A stretch of 64,000 bases of DNA, taken from assembly GCA_964019335.1 (NCBI GenBank), contig OZ025688.1, positions 504,758 to 568,757 on the forward strand, read 5' to 3'. Position 1 is the first letter of the stretch; the number at the start of each line of letters is the position of its first letter. The notes below the pieces were generated by a model. It searched no databases, was not told the origin of the DNA, and worked only from the letters and a program-made list of their open reading frames with translations. The stretch comes from Diplonema japonicum. Taxonomy: Eukaryota > Protista > Euglenozoa: Diplonemea. Below, piece after piece: positions 11,666-22,236 of the stretch. A program made the translations under genes and the position numbers.

Positions 11666-14132
11666 ATGGGGAGCTGTTGCTCGGGTGGGAACAATGAAGG
11701 GTTGAGCCCTGACGAGCAGGACCGGAACCTGGAAGTGGGCGAGCTGGTGAGGATGCAGCAAGGGGGTGACGACGGGCAGACAAGTTCGCTGCAGCTGATA
11801 TTGAAGTGCAGGAATTTGAGACCGCTACCTCAATTTAGAGGGATAGGAAAGTTTGGTGGAGGGGTACCCACTCACCTGCTGACTAGTATAAACCCGTACG
11901 TCGTGGTGCACGAGGTGGATGAAGACGGGAAGAAGAAGGGAGAGCTGGGAAAAACAGAAGTGAAATACAGGGACCACAACCCGCAGTTCGTGCGCACGGT
12001 GACCACGATGTATGAATTCAACGCGATGTCAAAGCAGCTCCGCTTCGACTTGGTGCACGACACCGGGCTGCATGGGCAACTGATAGGGACCTGTACCACC
12101 ACTCTGAAAGATATCATCAACACCGAAGGAGAAGGGAGGAACTCCTGCCACCTCACCTTCATGAAAAAAGTTCAGTCCAAAGGCAGACACGGCGAGACAA
12201 TCGAGATAGACCACGTAGGCGGGGAACTCTTCATCACTTCGGAAGAAATCTCCAAAAACGAAGGTCCCCAATATGAGGTCGTGATCGAACTTGGTTGCTC
12301 TAAGCTTGACTCGAAGAACTACATGGGGCGGGGTTCCTCCGATCCGTTTCTCACAATCGGGAGGGTCATCGAAGGACAGTTCCAGCCTGTTGTGAAGACA
12401 GAGTACGTGGAGGGCACTCTTGCATGCACCTGGAAGACGATTGTGATCAAATTAGAGAGGTTGTGCAAAGCAGACTTCAATTCCTGGCTGCTGTTTGAGG
12501 TGTGGGACTACGAAAATAGCGGGAAGCACCAGCTCATAGGCTACACGCGTCAGACGCTTGCTACACTGCTGTCTGGCGTACACACCTCTTATGACCTCAT
12601 CAACGACAACTACGCAGGGGGCTCCGTGTTCAAGCTGTTGAATGACACAAAGCCCTGGACTCCCTACATGCCCTACACACGCAGCGGCATCTTGCACACA
12701 AAATCCATCAGCATCGATGTATCGCACTCTTTCTTGGAGTTCGTGAAGGCGGGCTTCGACATTAACGTCACAATCTGTGTTGACTTCAGCTCGTCGAATG
12801 GAGACGTGAACAGCCCCGAGTCCCTGCACTACCTGCATGAAGGCGGCGACGAGAACGAGTACGTGGCTGCCCTCAAGGCTGTCATCAAAGTGTTAGGGCA
12901 GTACGACAGGGACCAGGAGTTCCCCTTTTACGGGTTCGGAGCATGTCCACAAAACGATGAGCATGCGGTGGATGCAAAGGGGAGGCCCGTTCCGCAAAGT
13001 ATATTTCCCGTGACGGGCGACTGGTACCAGCTGTGCGTGAATGGGATTGAAGGTGTCATCGATGCCTACTGGTCGTGTCTCAAGCAGGTCACGCTCTGTG
13101 AACCGTCGAACTTCGCGACCTTCCTCGAGAAGGTCTTCCGTTCTGTGTCGTCAAGAAAAGACCTGTACCAGATCGCACTGATCGTAACCGACGGGCAGTG
13201 CAGCGACATGCAAGCTACAATCGACATGATCGTCTCCTCGTCCGAGGAACCCATCTCCATCGTCATCATCGGCGTGGGCGACGGGCCCTTTGAGAAGATG
13301 GAAGAGCTCTCCGCAGATGACAAGCCGCTCAGGTCCTCCACAAAGGAGACTATGAAGCGCGACATCGTCGGCTTCGTGCCATTCAAGAGCTTTAAGAACG
13401 ACCCGGAGGAGGTATGCATCGCACTGAACGGAAAATATGGAGCAAGGAAGCTCTTTAAAAAAAAAATCACAGTTTGCAAGGGAGACGCTGAAGGAGGTTC
13501 CGAAACAGTTTACAAGTTGGGCAAAGATCCACAAGGTGAAGCCAGAGGATGCAAAGGTCTGGTTTTGTTTTTCTCAATAACAACCCCCCCCCCCCCCCCC
13601 CCCACAGAAAGAAGAGAAGAAGGTTGTGAAAAAGAAAGAGAAGAAGACCGAGAAAGAAGTCACAAAGTCACCTGTGGAACAGGACCTGGAAGGCATACTG
13701 GAAGTCGTGGAGGATGTGGGTTGGGAGAGTTTCAGCGATGATGAAAGCGGCAGGAAGTACTACTACCATTCCGAAACAAAAGAAAGTCGATGGGAGATGC
13801 CTGAGGGATACAAAGGGAGGAGCGCTCTAACAAGTGCGAGCAAGCAGGAAGTTCGCGTGCGGCCTATTGTCTCGACTTCTCCAGAGACACCTCAGACCGT
13901 TACTTATTCTTCCCCCTCGAAGCTGGCGTATACTAGGCTTGGAAGCCCTTCAGAACGACAGAGCTCCAAAGGGCCAAGTAGTGGTAAGGTGTTGCGTGCA
14001 AACCCTGAGGAGTCTAAAATGTTTCATCGGCAACTTCAGAGTGGGCAATACGTCCCCCCACAGATTAGCCCCCCAGGCATGGGCTCCAGACGTGGGTCGG
14101 CTTCTGGGTCAAGAAGACATTCCATGCAGTAG
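11666..14132 (+). CDS. Copine (C2-C2-vWA) with N-acylation motif and C-terminal WW domain; introns 13412-13472 and 13557-13607
   Basis: MGSCCSG N-terminus; C2 motifs (NPYVVV, SDPFL, FEVWDY); vWA motifs VDFSSSNG..SLHY, LIVTDG, PISIVIIGVG and RDIVGFVPF. Splicing restores the copine end FARETLKEVPKQF and joins GWESFSDDESGRKYYYHSETKESRWEMP (WW). Confidence 0.88.
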
Positions 14133-15573
14133 CCCATCCATGCACCTCTCACGGCACAACGATTCGACTAGTCAACTCGGCTCCTTGTCGATAGTAGGTA
14201 CAAGAACTACACTTTTTTTTTATTTTTTATTTTTTATTTTTTATTTTTTATAGAAACATTTTTTTCTTCTTGCAGTTGACATCCTGTACACTATAAATGT
14301 CACCTCTGTAAGTTTTCCTTCTTCGTTTTCTTATTCGTGGGGGGGGGGGGGGGGGGGGGGGGGGTCGGCCGTACGGCCATCAGTTTTTTTTTTTGGACAA
14401 TCATAAGAAAGGAACCAAGGGGGAAAAAAATAAAGGAAAAGAAAGAAAAATAAAAGAATTTGCCCCCTTCCCCCCTTTCTGTAATGATTCCTCCATTACG
14501 CCTCTTGACATTGTCTTCCCCCCCCCCCCCCCCCCCCCCCCGAATAGTTAGGTGCGATTGAAGAGGAGGGGTGAATATGCGAAGCGGCTTCCCCCCTTTC
14601 CCCCCCTCCCGTTTGATACACTAAAAGGGTAGATTAGAGCACACGGGAGTTCTTTTTTTTTCTTTCTTTTTAAGGGTGGCCCTCCATGAGGGGGTTTTGT
14701 CCTGCACTTTGCGTTTTTTTTCTTTCTTCTTTTTTCCTCCTCTTCTCTCTTTTAATTTACAGAAGCCCTGCCCGGCATGGTAGTAACAAAAGGAGACAAA
14801 TTTTTCAATTTATATTATTTTCCTACTAATTCCGGTCAGAAACTATTAAAAGTCGACAAAAAGAAAAAGAGCAAAGGTAGTATTGGGGTTTACCTACCCT
14901 GGGAGCTATCTGATTTGCACAAACTACAAAACACCCGACTTTTTTTTTTTCAATGTCGATGGCTACACAACCAAAAAAGGATGGAGAGAGGGGGCCCTGT
15001 TTTGTTTTCTTTCTTTTTTATCTTGGAAGAAAGTACTTCTATAAAAGAAAAAAGAAAAGAAGCTTCTTTGTTTGTCTATTCTCTCTTTTTTTTTTTTTTT
15101 CCCTTCCCGTTCCCCCCTGTTTCAAGCCGTTTCTGTTCTGTTGTATACTGTTTTTCTTTTTGTTTTCGTTTGTTTTCTTGGGTGGGAGGTCCAAGGAGAT
15201 TTGATATTCTAATTGCGAAGCAAACCAGCAAAAAAAAAAAAAAGAAAAAGAAGGAATGTTATTGAGCTTTTTTTCTTACCGACTCCACGTTTTTTCTTCT
15301 TTTTTTTTTTTTGTGATCGGTGGAGTGTGTTACCTTTTTTTTTTTTCCTTTTTGTGTGTTGTCCTCCATCTTCTTTCAATATTCCTCTCCCCACCCCCCA
15401 CATCCCGTCTCCTCATCCGTTGTGTTGAGCCAATAAAATTTGAAAAAAAAAAAGAATGGAAAAAAGAAAAGCCACCAATAAATAAAAAGAATATGGTGTA
15501 AGTTATGTGGGTTATTTTTTTGATTCAAGCAATAAAATCATGTTTTCGTCTAACCTTACTACAGGCTCTACAA

Positions 15574-17604
15574 ATGTACGATTTTGCAACATTCGGTAAG
15601 GTGCCAACCATTGTTGTGCAGGATGGTGGTGCAGAGGTGGCATTCGTACCAAGTCTTACACTGCCAGAGGGGTTCAAGATAGATTACGACTTAGAGGAAG
15701 ACGACGATGAGGAGGACATGGGAAATGTTGAAGGTAACCTCACGCAGTACACTCTCGATCTTCTATTCGCAAGGACTAAAGCCCAGCTGTTGTTGGATGG
15801 CAACGCTGTGCCACTGCAGGAGGCCTCCTCCGAGAAGTACTGGGGCAAAGTGCTAGCCATTTCAGGCCCATTAGCAGAAAAGCAGAATGAACGCACATCC
15901 GCTGCCAGAATGCGCCGCACAAAGCTTGTAGCCAAGCAGCTCACCATCGCCAAGGAACGCTGGTCTTCGTGGTGCAAACAAGCAGCTGCTAAGCCCACCA
16001 AGCTGGCGCCCCTCCACCCCTCCGAAAAAAAGCCCACCACTGTTCACCGTGCTTTCAAATCGCGTACGCCCCCTCCCATTGATTTCAGCCAGCACGCCAC
16101 CCTCCCCCTCGTCCGTGTCATTGCCTCTGATGGCACCGAGCACAACTTCATGGTCAACCTTGCTTTCAAATCCGAGAGGCTCAAAGGAACCCTTACGGCC
16201 TACAACATCGGCACCATCTTCAAACTGTTGGGGCCCTTCAGGCTGACCACGTCCTCAGGCGCACCAGTTCCTTACAACGAGGTCGAGAACTGCTTCGAGG
16301 CGGGGCTGTGGGAGCTGCTCGATGGGCCGCTCACCTTGGAAGGGACGCCAAAGACCATCCCTGCTGATCCGAAGCAAGCCACCAATAAATTGGGACAAAT
16401 GCAAGCAGCGAAGACTCGTGTGCTCCAGACTCTCGCCATTGCCAAGTCAGAAGCTGAGGCAACGTACCTATCATGGAGCAAGGTCAATGCGATGAATGCA
16501 CCACGCACCGCACCTGCCGAACCGGCAGTGCAAGCTGAGGTCAAGCCAGTTGTCAGTGTTGCATCAGTCCTCAGGTCGCCGCCACCCGCGCTTCAAAAGC
16601 AAGCTCAGAGCCACAGCGAGAAAGCAGAGGAACAAGCTCCGTCGCAAAGGCAGGGACACCCCCGCACCCATGTGGACTCGCAGGACGTGCTAGCCTTAGA
16701 ACAGGAAGGTCGTGGAGAGACGGCACCGCAGAAAGCTCAGCTGCCCAGCATGAAGCAACAGTCGTCGCAAAACGAGTCCAAACAGCCGCAGGTGCCGAAG
16801 GTCGCAGACACAAAGCTCAAAGCAAAGACACCGACACAGTTCCCCCAAGTCGGCTCGCAAACCGCGAAGCCAAAGGCACAGGTGAAAGAAGAAGCGCCGT
16901 CGGTGTCTCGTGTAAAAGAGCAGTCGCAGATGAAGTCCCGCCCGCCGCCGTCGCAAGCAACTAAGCCCCCCGATGCACAAAAGAAGGTCCTCCATGGTAG
17001 AAGAACTACAGTGCAGAGCAAGGCAAGTGCGCCGATGAGAACCACCGTGGCCCAAGCTAGTGCAGCGAGCAGGCCGAGTAGCAGTAGCAGTGGCAGTACA
17101 AGGGTGATCCCGAAAACCGCCAAGGCGGTGCCGAGTGCAAAGCTGAAGAAGCCAGAAGTTCGCACGTCCAAAAGGAAGGCGGTAGAGCCTGCGGTTCAAG
17201 CACCTCCTGCACCTGCACCCGCACCGATGGACTCAGCATCAGCACATCACAGCGACAGCACAAGGCTAGATGGTGTCGGAGGGATAAGTAGACCTACTGC
17301 CCTAATCGCACCACTTGTTAGTAACCCTGAGACTGATCGTGCCATCGCGAGGGAGATAGCACAGCAAGAACGGGAGATGATTGGTAATACTGACCGCAAC
17401 ATAGCACAAGAGCTGGCCAGGCAGGAGGCCGACTTCGCTTCTAGCAGTGATATGGAGCTTGCACGTAGTCTTGCAGCAGATCACGATCGTCGCACAGCAC
17501 GCACTACTCCTCCTCCTCGCGCACGGCCTTCTGTGTACCGCACTGGCGCTGATGAGGACGAAGCCCTCGCACGCGCCCTATATGCTTCACAGCATGATTT
17601 TTAG
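15574..17604 (+). CDS. Hypothetical protein with a disordered region and C-terminal UIM/MIU-like ubiquitin-binding motifs
   Basis: ATG 15574 follows CTACAG. Tail repeats: TDRAIAREIAQQE, TDRNIAQELARQE, SDMELARSLAAD, DEDEALARALYAS. Confidence 0.7.
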   Translation: MYDFATFGKVPTIVVQDGGAEVAFVPSLTLPEGFKIDYDLEEDDDEEDMGNVEGNLTQYTLDLLFARTKAQLLLDGNAVPLQEASSEKYWGKVLAISGPLAEKQNERTSAARMRRTKLVAKQLTIAKERWSSWCKQAAAKPTKLAPLHPSEKKPTTVHRAFKSRTPPPIDFSQHATLPLVRVIASDGTEHNFMVNLAFKSERLKGTLTAYNIGTIFKLLGPFRLTTSSGAPVPYNEVENCFEAGLWELLDGPLTLEGTPKTIPADPKQATNKLGQMQAAKTRVLQTLAIAKSEAEATYLSWSKVNAMNAPRTAPAEPAVQAEVKPVVSVASVLRSPPPALQKQAQSHSEKAEEQAPSQRQGHPRTHVDSQDVLALEQEGRGETAPQKAQLPSMKQQSSQNESKQPQVPKVADTKLKAKTPTQFPQVGSQTAKPKAQVKEEAPSVSRVKEQSQMKSRPPPSQATKPPDAQKKVLHGRRTTVQSKASAPMRTTVAQASAASRPSSSSSGSTRVIPKTAKAVPSAKLKKPEVRTSKRKAVEPAVQAPPAPAPAPMDSASAHHSDSTRLDGVGGISRPTALIAPLVSNPETDRAIAREIAQQEREMIGNTDRNIAQELARQEADFASSSDMELARSLAADHDRRTARTTPPPRARPSVYRTGADEDEALARALYASQHDF

Positions 17605-17914
17605 TTTACATAAGTCTTAAATGTAGGGAATAGATGCAAGTAGTGAATGAGAACAAGGTGGCGTCTCACAAAGACTTCCTTTAGCTCATAAATAAGTTGT
17701 AACTTCTAGCCCTAGCCTATAACCGCTTAGTGACAAACCGCTTTCTGCGGCTGTCATAATACTTCAACTTGTGGTTCTTGTGTCCTGTTGTAAAATATAC
17801 TTCAAAGGCACTCAAGGTTCTTCAATTTGTTCCGACCCCCCCCCCCCCCCCCCCCTTGTCTTATCGTCTTGAAGGTTGTACTTCGCCGCAATTATCACAT
17901 CACAGGGCAGCAAA

Positions 17915-19906
17915 ATGGACCAAAGAAAGCTCGTGACGGTGATACTCGTCGTGTGCATTGTCCTTGCGCTGATGCAAAACACTATGCCCACAAGGTCAAG
18001 GAATGACTTATCAGACAGAGGTTTTTACAACCAGCAGCTCATCAGGCAAGGGACCACTCAGGTGAATATTCGGCTGGTGGACACCTCCCCCAAAGTGAGC
18101 ACACTGGAGACCCAGAAACCTGCACCCAAGGTGAGCACTGTAAACTGCGAGGACTGGTCGTATGCTGCATGTCCCTCGAAAACCTGCCCCAGCAACCCTT
18201 CAACATTTTGTTCTTGGGACTACACCAAGGCGGCCTGCTCCTGTATGTCGGAAGCGGAAAAGAAAGAGTACGAAGAGCAGAAGAAGCAGTTGAAGGCGCA
18301 GCGGGTAGAGCACCGACAGGAGGTGATCACGAAGGCGATTGCAGAGGAGCGCAAGAGACAGAAGGCAGCTGATGCCATGCGGGAGGCCGCAAAAAAAAAT
18401 CAGCCCCCCACCCCTCCACCTGTCGTAGTGGAGGAACCTGTAGTACCTGTGGTGCGACACCTGCAGCCCGCGTCTCTAACGGAGCCCACGCCGTTTGGCT
18501 CTTTAGATCCTGCTAAGCACCACTGGTTCCTTGGTGCATGCACCGTGACGGCAAACTCTGGACAGTTCCTCAGGGAATGGATCGAGCTACAGCACCTTGC
18601 GGGGGTCGGGCACGTGTGGGTCATTAATGACAACGAGAACGGAAAGGACATGGAAACAACCATCGTGCTGAAGGAGTACGAAGATAAAGGCTTCGTCACT
18701 GTAGTGCCCGGAAGGGCTTTGAACAAAATGGATGCGTGCAAACACAAAGAACTCGAATGGCTGGAGGCAGAGTGCATCTCCCCGAAGATGTGCTACCAGC
18801 ATGTGCACCAGTATGTGGACTGGTTCGTCATGATCGACACCGACGAGTTCATGTACCCCACCATCGGGTGCAGCCTTGACGACCATGTGCGGAACCACTG
18901 CGACCCCTTCCAGCCGTTTGTACTACTCAGGTGGGAGCGATTCGGGTCTTCTGGTTGGAAAAACTACCCTGAAGGGATCATAATAGAGAACTTCCTGTCG
19001 TCGGGTGGAGACTGCTCGGACCACCACTTGTTGCAGTGTGACAAGAATCCCTTCGACTACTGCTTGGAGTGCAGGCACACAAAGGTGATGTACAATACGA
19101 AGCATTGCGTCGACGAAGAACACGTGGGGTGGACGCACACACCTGTCAACACGACCGCCTGGAAGAACGACCCTGTCTCGAATGGGTTCATCAAGAGCAA
19201 TGGGGTGACCTCCAACTGGAAGACGCCTATCTGCAACGACCACAACAGAGACTTCCACATCGACGCCGAACGCTGCAAGAGATGGCTGACGGAAGGTGGA
19301 GGGAAAAAGGTACCGATACGGCCTTCGAAAGATTGCTGCGCTGCAGGGTTTGGGTACAACCATTATGGGATTAAGAACGAAAAGAGCTGGGCTAACAAGT
19401 TGAAGACGTGGACACGGAGGGGGTACAAGCCTTTGCAGAACGAGGGCATCAATCTGAACACAACGGTGAGCTCGTCGGTGTTGAGGTTCCTGAGGCATAT
19501 GAGAAAGGGTTTCATGAAGGCAGGAGAAGCGGTTTCAGAGAACACAAAATTCATTGACTTTGAAGACGAAGATGAACAGAAGACGTGTTTCAGCGAGAAG
19601 GGGTTCAAGTACACCCCCAACAAAGAGTCGGGAACCATTAAACAGTCGACCGAAGCGACGAGCGCAGCGGAGTGCTGCAGGGAGTGCTGGAAGACCGCAA
19701 CAAAGTCGCATAAATGTGGCGGGTGGACATTCGGCACCGAGGAAGCGTCCTGCATTCTTCTCCTAGCGTCTAAGACCGTTGTCCATGATGGCGTTGACAC
19801 GGGTCGTACGAGGTTCCCAAGCAGCTTACTCCCGGCCCTTCGAACCCACGCGAAAGGCTTTACTTCAGGCATTCCTCTCTACGACGGTGAGTGTAGCATG
19901 CCGTAG
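17915..19906 (+). CDS. Type II membrane GT-A glycosyltransferase (GT92/GT2-like) with C-terminal PAN/Apple domain
   Basis: Signal anchor LVTVILVVCIVLALM; FLREWIE..H...GV.H; DxD in MIDTDEF; NHY.IK; AAECCREC...CGGWTF...CIL. Confidence 0.75.
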   Translation: MDQRKLVTVILVVCIVLALMQNTMPTRSRNDLSDRGFYNQQLIRQGTTQVNIRLVDTSPKVSTLETQKPAPKVSTVNCEDWSYAACPSKTCPSNPSTFCSWDYTKAACSCMSEAEKKEYEEQKKQLKAQRVEHRQEVITKAIAEERKRQKAADAMREAAKKNQPPTPPPVVVEEPVVPVVRHLQPASLTEPTPFGSLDPAKHHWFLGACTVTANSGQFLREWIELQHLAGVGHVWVINDNENGKDMETTIVLKEYEDKGFVTVVPGRALNKMDACKHKELEWLEAECISPKMCYQHVHQYVDWFVMIDTDEFMYPTIGCSLDDHVRNHCDPFQPFVLLRWERFGSSGWKNYPEGIIIENFLSSGGDCSDHHLLQCDKNPFDYCLECRHTKVMYNTKHCVDEEHVGWTHTPVNTTAWKNDPVSNGFIKSNGVTSNWKTPICNDHNRDFHIDAERCKRWLTEGGGKKVPIRPSKDCCAAGFGYNHYGIKNEKSWANKLKTWTRRGYKPLQNEGINLNTTVSSSVLRFLRHMRKGFMKAGEAVSENTKFIDFEDEDEQKTCFSEKGFKYTPNKESGTIKQSTEATSAAECCRECWKTATKSHKCGGWTFGTEEASCILLLASKTVVHDGVDTGRTRFPSSLLPALRTHAKGFTSGIPLYDGECSMP

Positions 19907-20804
19907 ATTTCCGCAGATTGCGATATTCCTGCAAAGCACCGTTTGCTGCTACTCCGGGCAGCCAGCCACCTTCCGCCTAAACGCCAGGGCTTCGTGCGTT
20001 TGGGTTTTTGTTTTTTTTTTTAGGTCCACGTTCACCCTGATTTTTTAAACCCCCCACCCCCCTTTGTTCCGATGATAGTGTTGTGAAAGTGTCGATATTT
20101 TTTTTTTTTGATAAGGGGAAATGATCCTGGCCTTTTGGACTCTTGTTGGATAGTGCTTGGATAGAGAATGGCCCATGGTTGCAGTGTATGTTCAGTTTTT
20201 TCTCTCCCCCTCCCATACCAAAAAAAAAAAAGAAAAAGGAAGGGAAAGAAAAGTTAATTTCAATGCGCAGGGTAGCGTTCCCGTTATTATTCATAAGCAT
20301 GCACCCGATGAAAGATTATATTTAAGCACCTCTGTGTATACAAAGACCTATTACAAAGACCTGTTGTGAAATGCTTTTTTTTAATATGGTTCTTGCGGAA
20401 AGAAGGAAAAGAAGAGAGGGGCAACTTTGACTAATTACCCCCCCCCCCACTTTTTAAGCTTTGTACCCCCTCCCTGTCACATGTCATTTGCGAGAATAGT
20501 CACCATGTGACCAAGGTCTGGTTGTTCATTTGCCCGAATCTTCTTCTTCTGTTTTCTTCTTTCTTTTTTGCCGTTGTTATTGCATTCCCTTCCCCCGATG
20601 TTCCCATCAGATCGAAATCTGAAAAAGAAAAAAGAGAAAGAAACATAAAGAGAGGTACCGAAAAAGAACAAGACTGACAGGAGGATGCTTTGTAATCCCC
20701 CCCACCCCCTCTTTTTTTTTTTAATGAACAATGCGAGGCAATGTGTTTTCTTATATTCTGTTAATGTTCTTCTCTCTCTACAGCACCTCACCATCAGGCA
20801 TCAG

Positions 20805-22166
20805 ATGCCCGTACCGGTAAGCCATGGTACTGTTAAGCCGGCTATGTTTAATGCGCTTGTGAGCGGCAGTGGTGGAGGTGTCATTGATGACCTGATGAGA
20901 CGGGCGACAAGCAGAAGCGGCAGTGCCAGTGACATGTACCCATCTGTGCCCTCTGTCGCCTCGCCTTCTGTGAGCAGTGTTCCAAGGAAGCGCGTGAGCG
21001 TCAGCTTTAAAGAAGACGCAGACCTCAGCCACGACAACGACTACGACCTGTACAGAGGGGCGTCAAAGCCCATTGAGGCTGGTGAGGTCACGAAGAAGGA
21101 GGAGGTAGAGGAGGAGGAGGAGGAGGAGGTAGAAACCGTCAAGAGCGGCACGTTAAAAATGCTCTGCAGAGAGATCGATAGCCTTCAGAAGGAGCTTGTG
21201 GGTAAAGACAGGGAGTGTACCGAAGCTCATGAAAAGTACGAGAGCCTCCTCACAAGAAACCTATTAGCCGTCGAGGGGCATGGTGGCGTTTCAATGGTTC
21301 TGCGCCAGACCGTCCCCCTCCAAGAACAGGTCGAAGCCGCACGCTCCGAGATCGCCTCACTCCAAAGTGACAGAGAAGCCCTCCAGAAGGAGATCCAGAA
21401 GCTACGGAAGCATGACTCTCGGCAACAGCAGCAGATTGCAAACCTTGAGAACGAGCTCAGCTCAACACGAAGTAATGAAACAAGCTTGATAGATCACTTG
21501 AAGTTGGAGGTCAAAGAGCTTAAAGCGTCTCTCTCTGAAGCCACACTGGCCTACACAGACCTGGTGGCGAAGAAATGCACAACTCATTTCTCAACCGTCG
21601 GTTGTAATACCACAGAAACAGGCCCTGTCACGTCGCGAGAGCTGGAGCTCATTCAGGAGATGAGACAGCTCAAGCAAGAACACGAAAGCCCAGCAAGCGC
21701 AGGTGTCACACCTGCAGAATTGGCGAGTTTGCTGGAAACTGTACGGCAGGATTTGGACACACAGCTGCTGGATCTGAGGCAGAACCTCATAGCGCACCAT
21801 GTGGAAGGGCAGATGAAGTTGAAAGCTGACACGGCGAAGAGGCTATCGGAGCTCACATCAGGCGTGGAGGAGCAACTAATATATTTGCACCACACCGCGG
21901 CACTGCAAAAAGAGTACGGTTTGCAAGTAAGTTCTGTAGCCGATCTGGAGAAGGAGATAGACCACCTGCAGACAACGCGGAAGGAGAAGGAACAGCAGCT
22001 CAGAGGGCTCCAGAGAAGCGTAAGCCCCACCCCCCATCTGCGGCCCAACGCCTCACCCTCGCACCATTTGACAGGAGAGATGTCGTCGCTGCTGAGCTCT
22101 CTTCGGAGATCGACGCAGTGCAGAGCCACGCCTCCCAATATCGTAGGTGATTCTGTATTTGTGTGA
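20805..22166 (+). CDS. Coiled-coil protein, function unknown
   Basis: ATG follows CATCAG; long heptad-rich ORF with a poly-E tract. Confidence 0.75.
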   Translation: MPVPVSHGTVKPAMFNALVSGSGGGVIDDLMRRATSRSGSASDMYPSVPSVASPSVSSVPRKRVSVSFKEDADLSHDNDYDLYRGASKPIEAGEVTKKEEVEEEEEEEVETVKSGTLKMLCREIDSLQKELVGKDRECTEAHEKYESLLTRNLLAVEGHGGVSMVLRQTVPLQEQVEAARSEIASLQSDREALQKEIQKLRKHDSRQQQQIANLENELSSTRSNETSLIDHLKLEVKELKASLSEATLAYTDLVAKKCTTHFSTVGCNTTETGPVTSRELELIQEMRQLKQEHESPASAGVTPAELASLLETVRQDLDTQLLDLRQNLIAHHVEGQMKLKADTAKRLSELTSGVEEQLIYLHHTAALQKEYGLQVSSVADLEKEIDHLQTTRKEKEQQLRGLQRSVSPTPHLRPNASPSHHLTGEMSSLLSSLRRSTQCRATPPNIVGDSVFV

Positions 22167-22236
22167 AGCAATTAGAATTTAGATTAATAGTAGCATTATT
22201 GTCTTGCCTTATTTGTTTATCACACAACAGTTGCTC

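Noticed and set aside
14133-15573. F/K-rich ORFs here and in 32.3-33.8, 46-53.7, 56.5-57 and 59.7-60.7 kb
   Set aside because: Products of poly-T/poly-A tracts with no domain signal.
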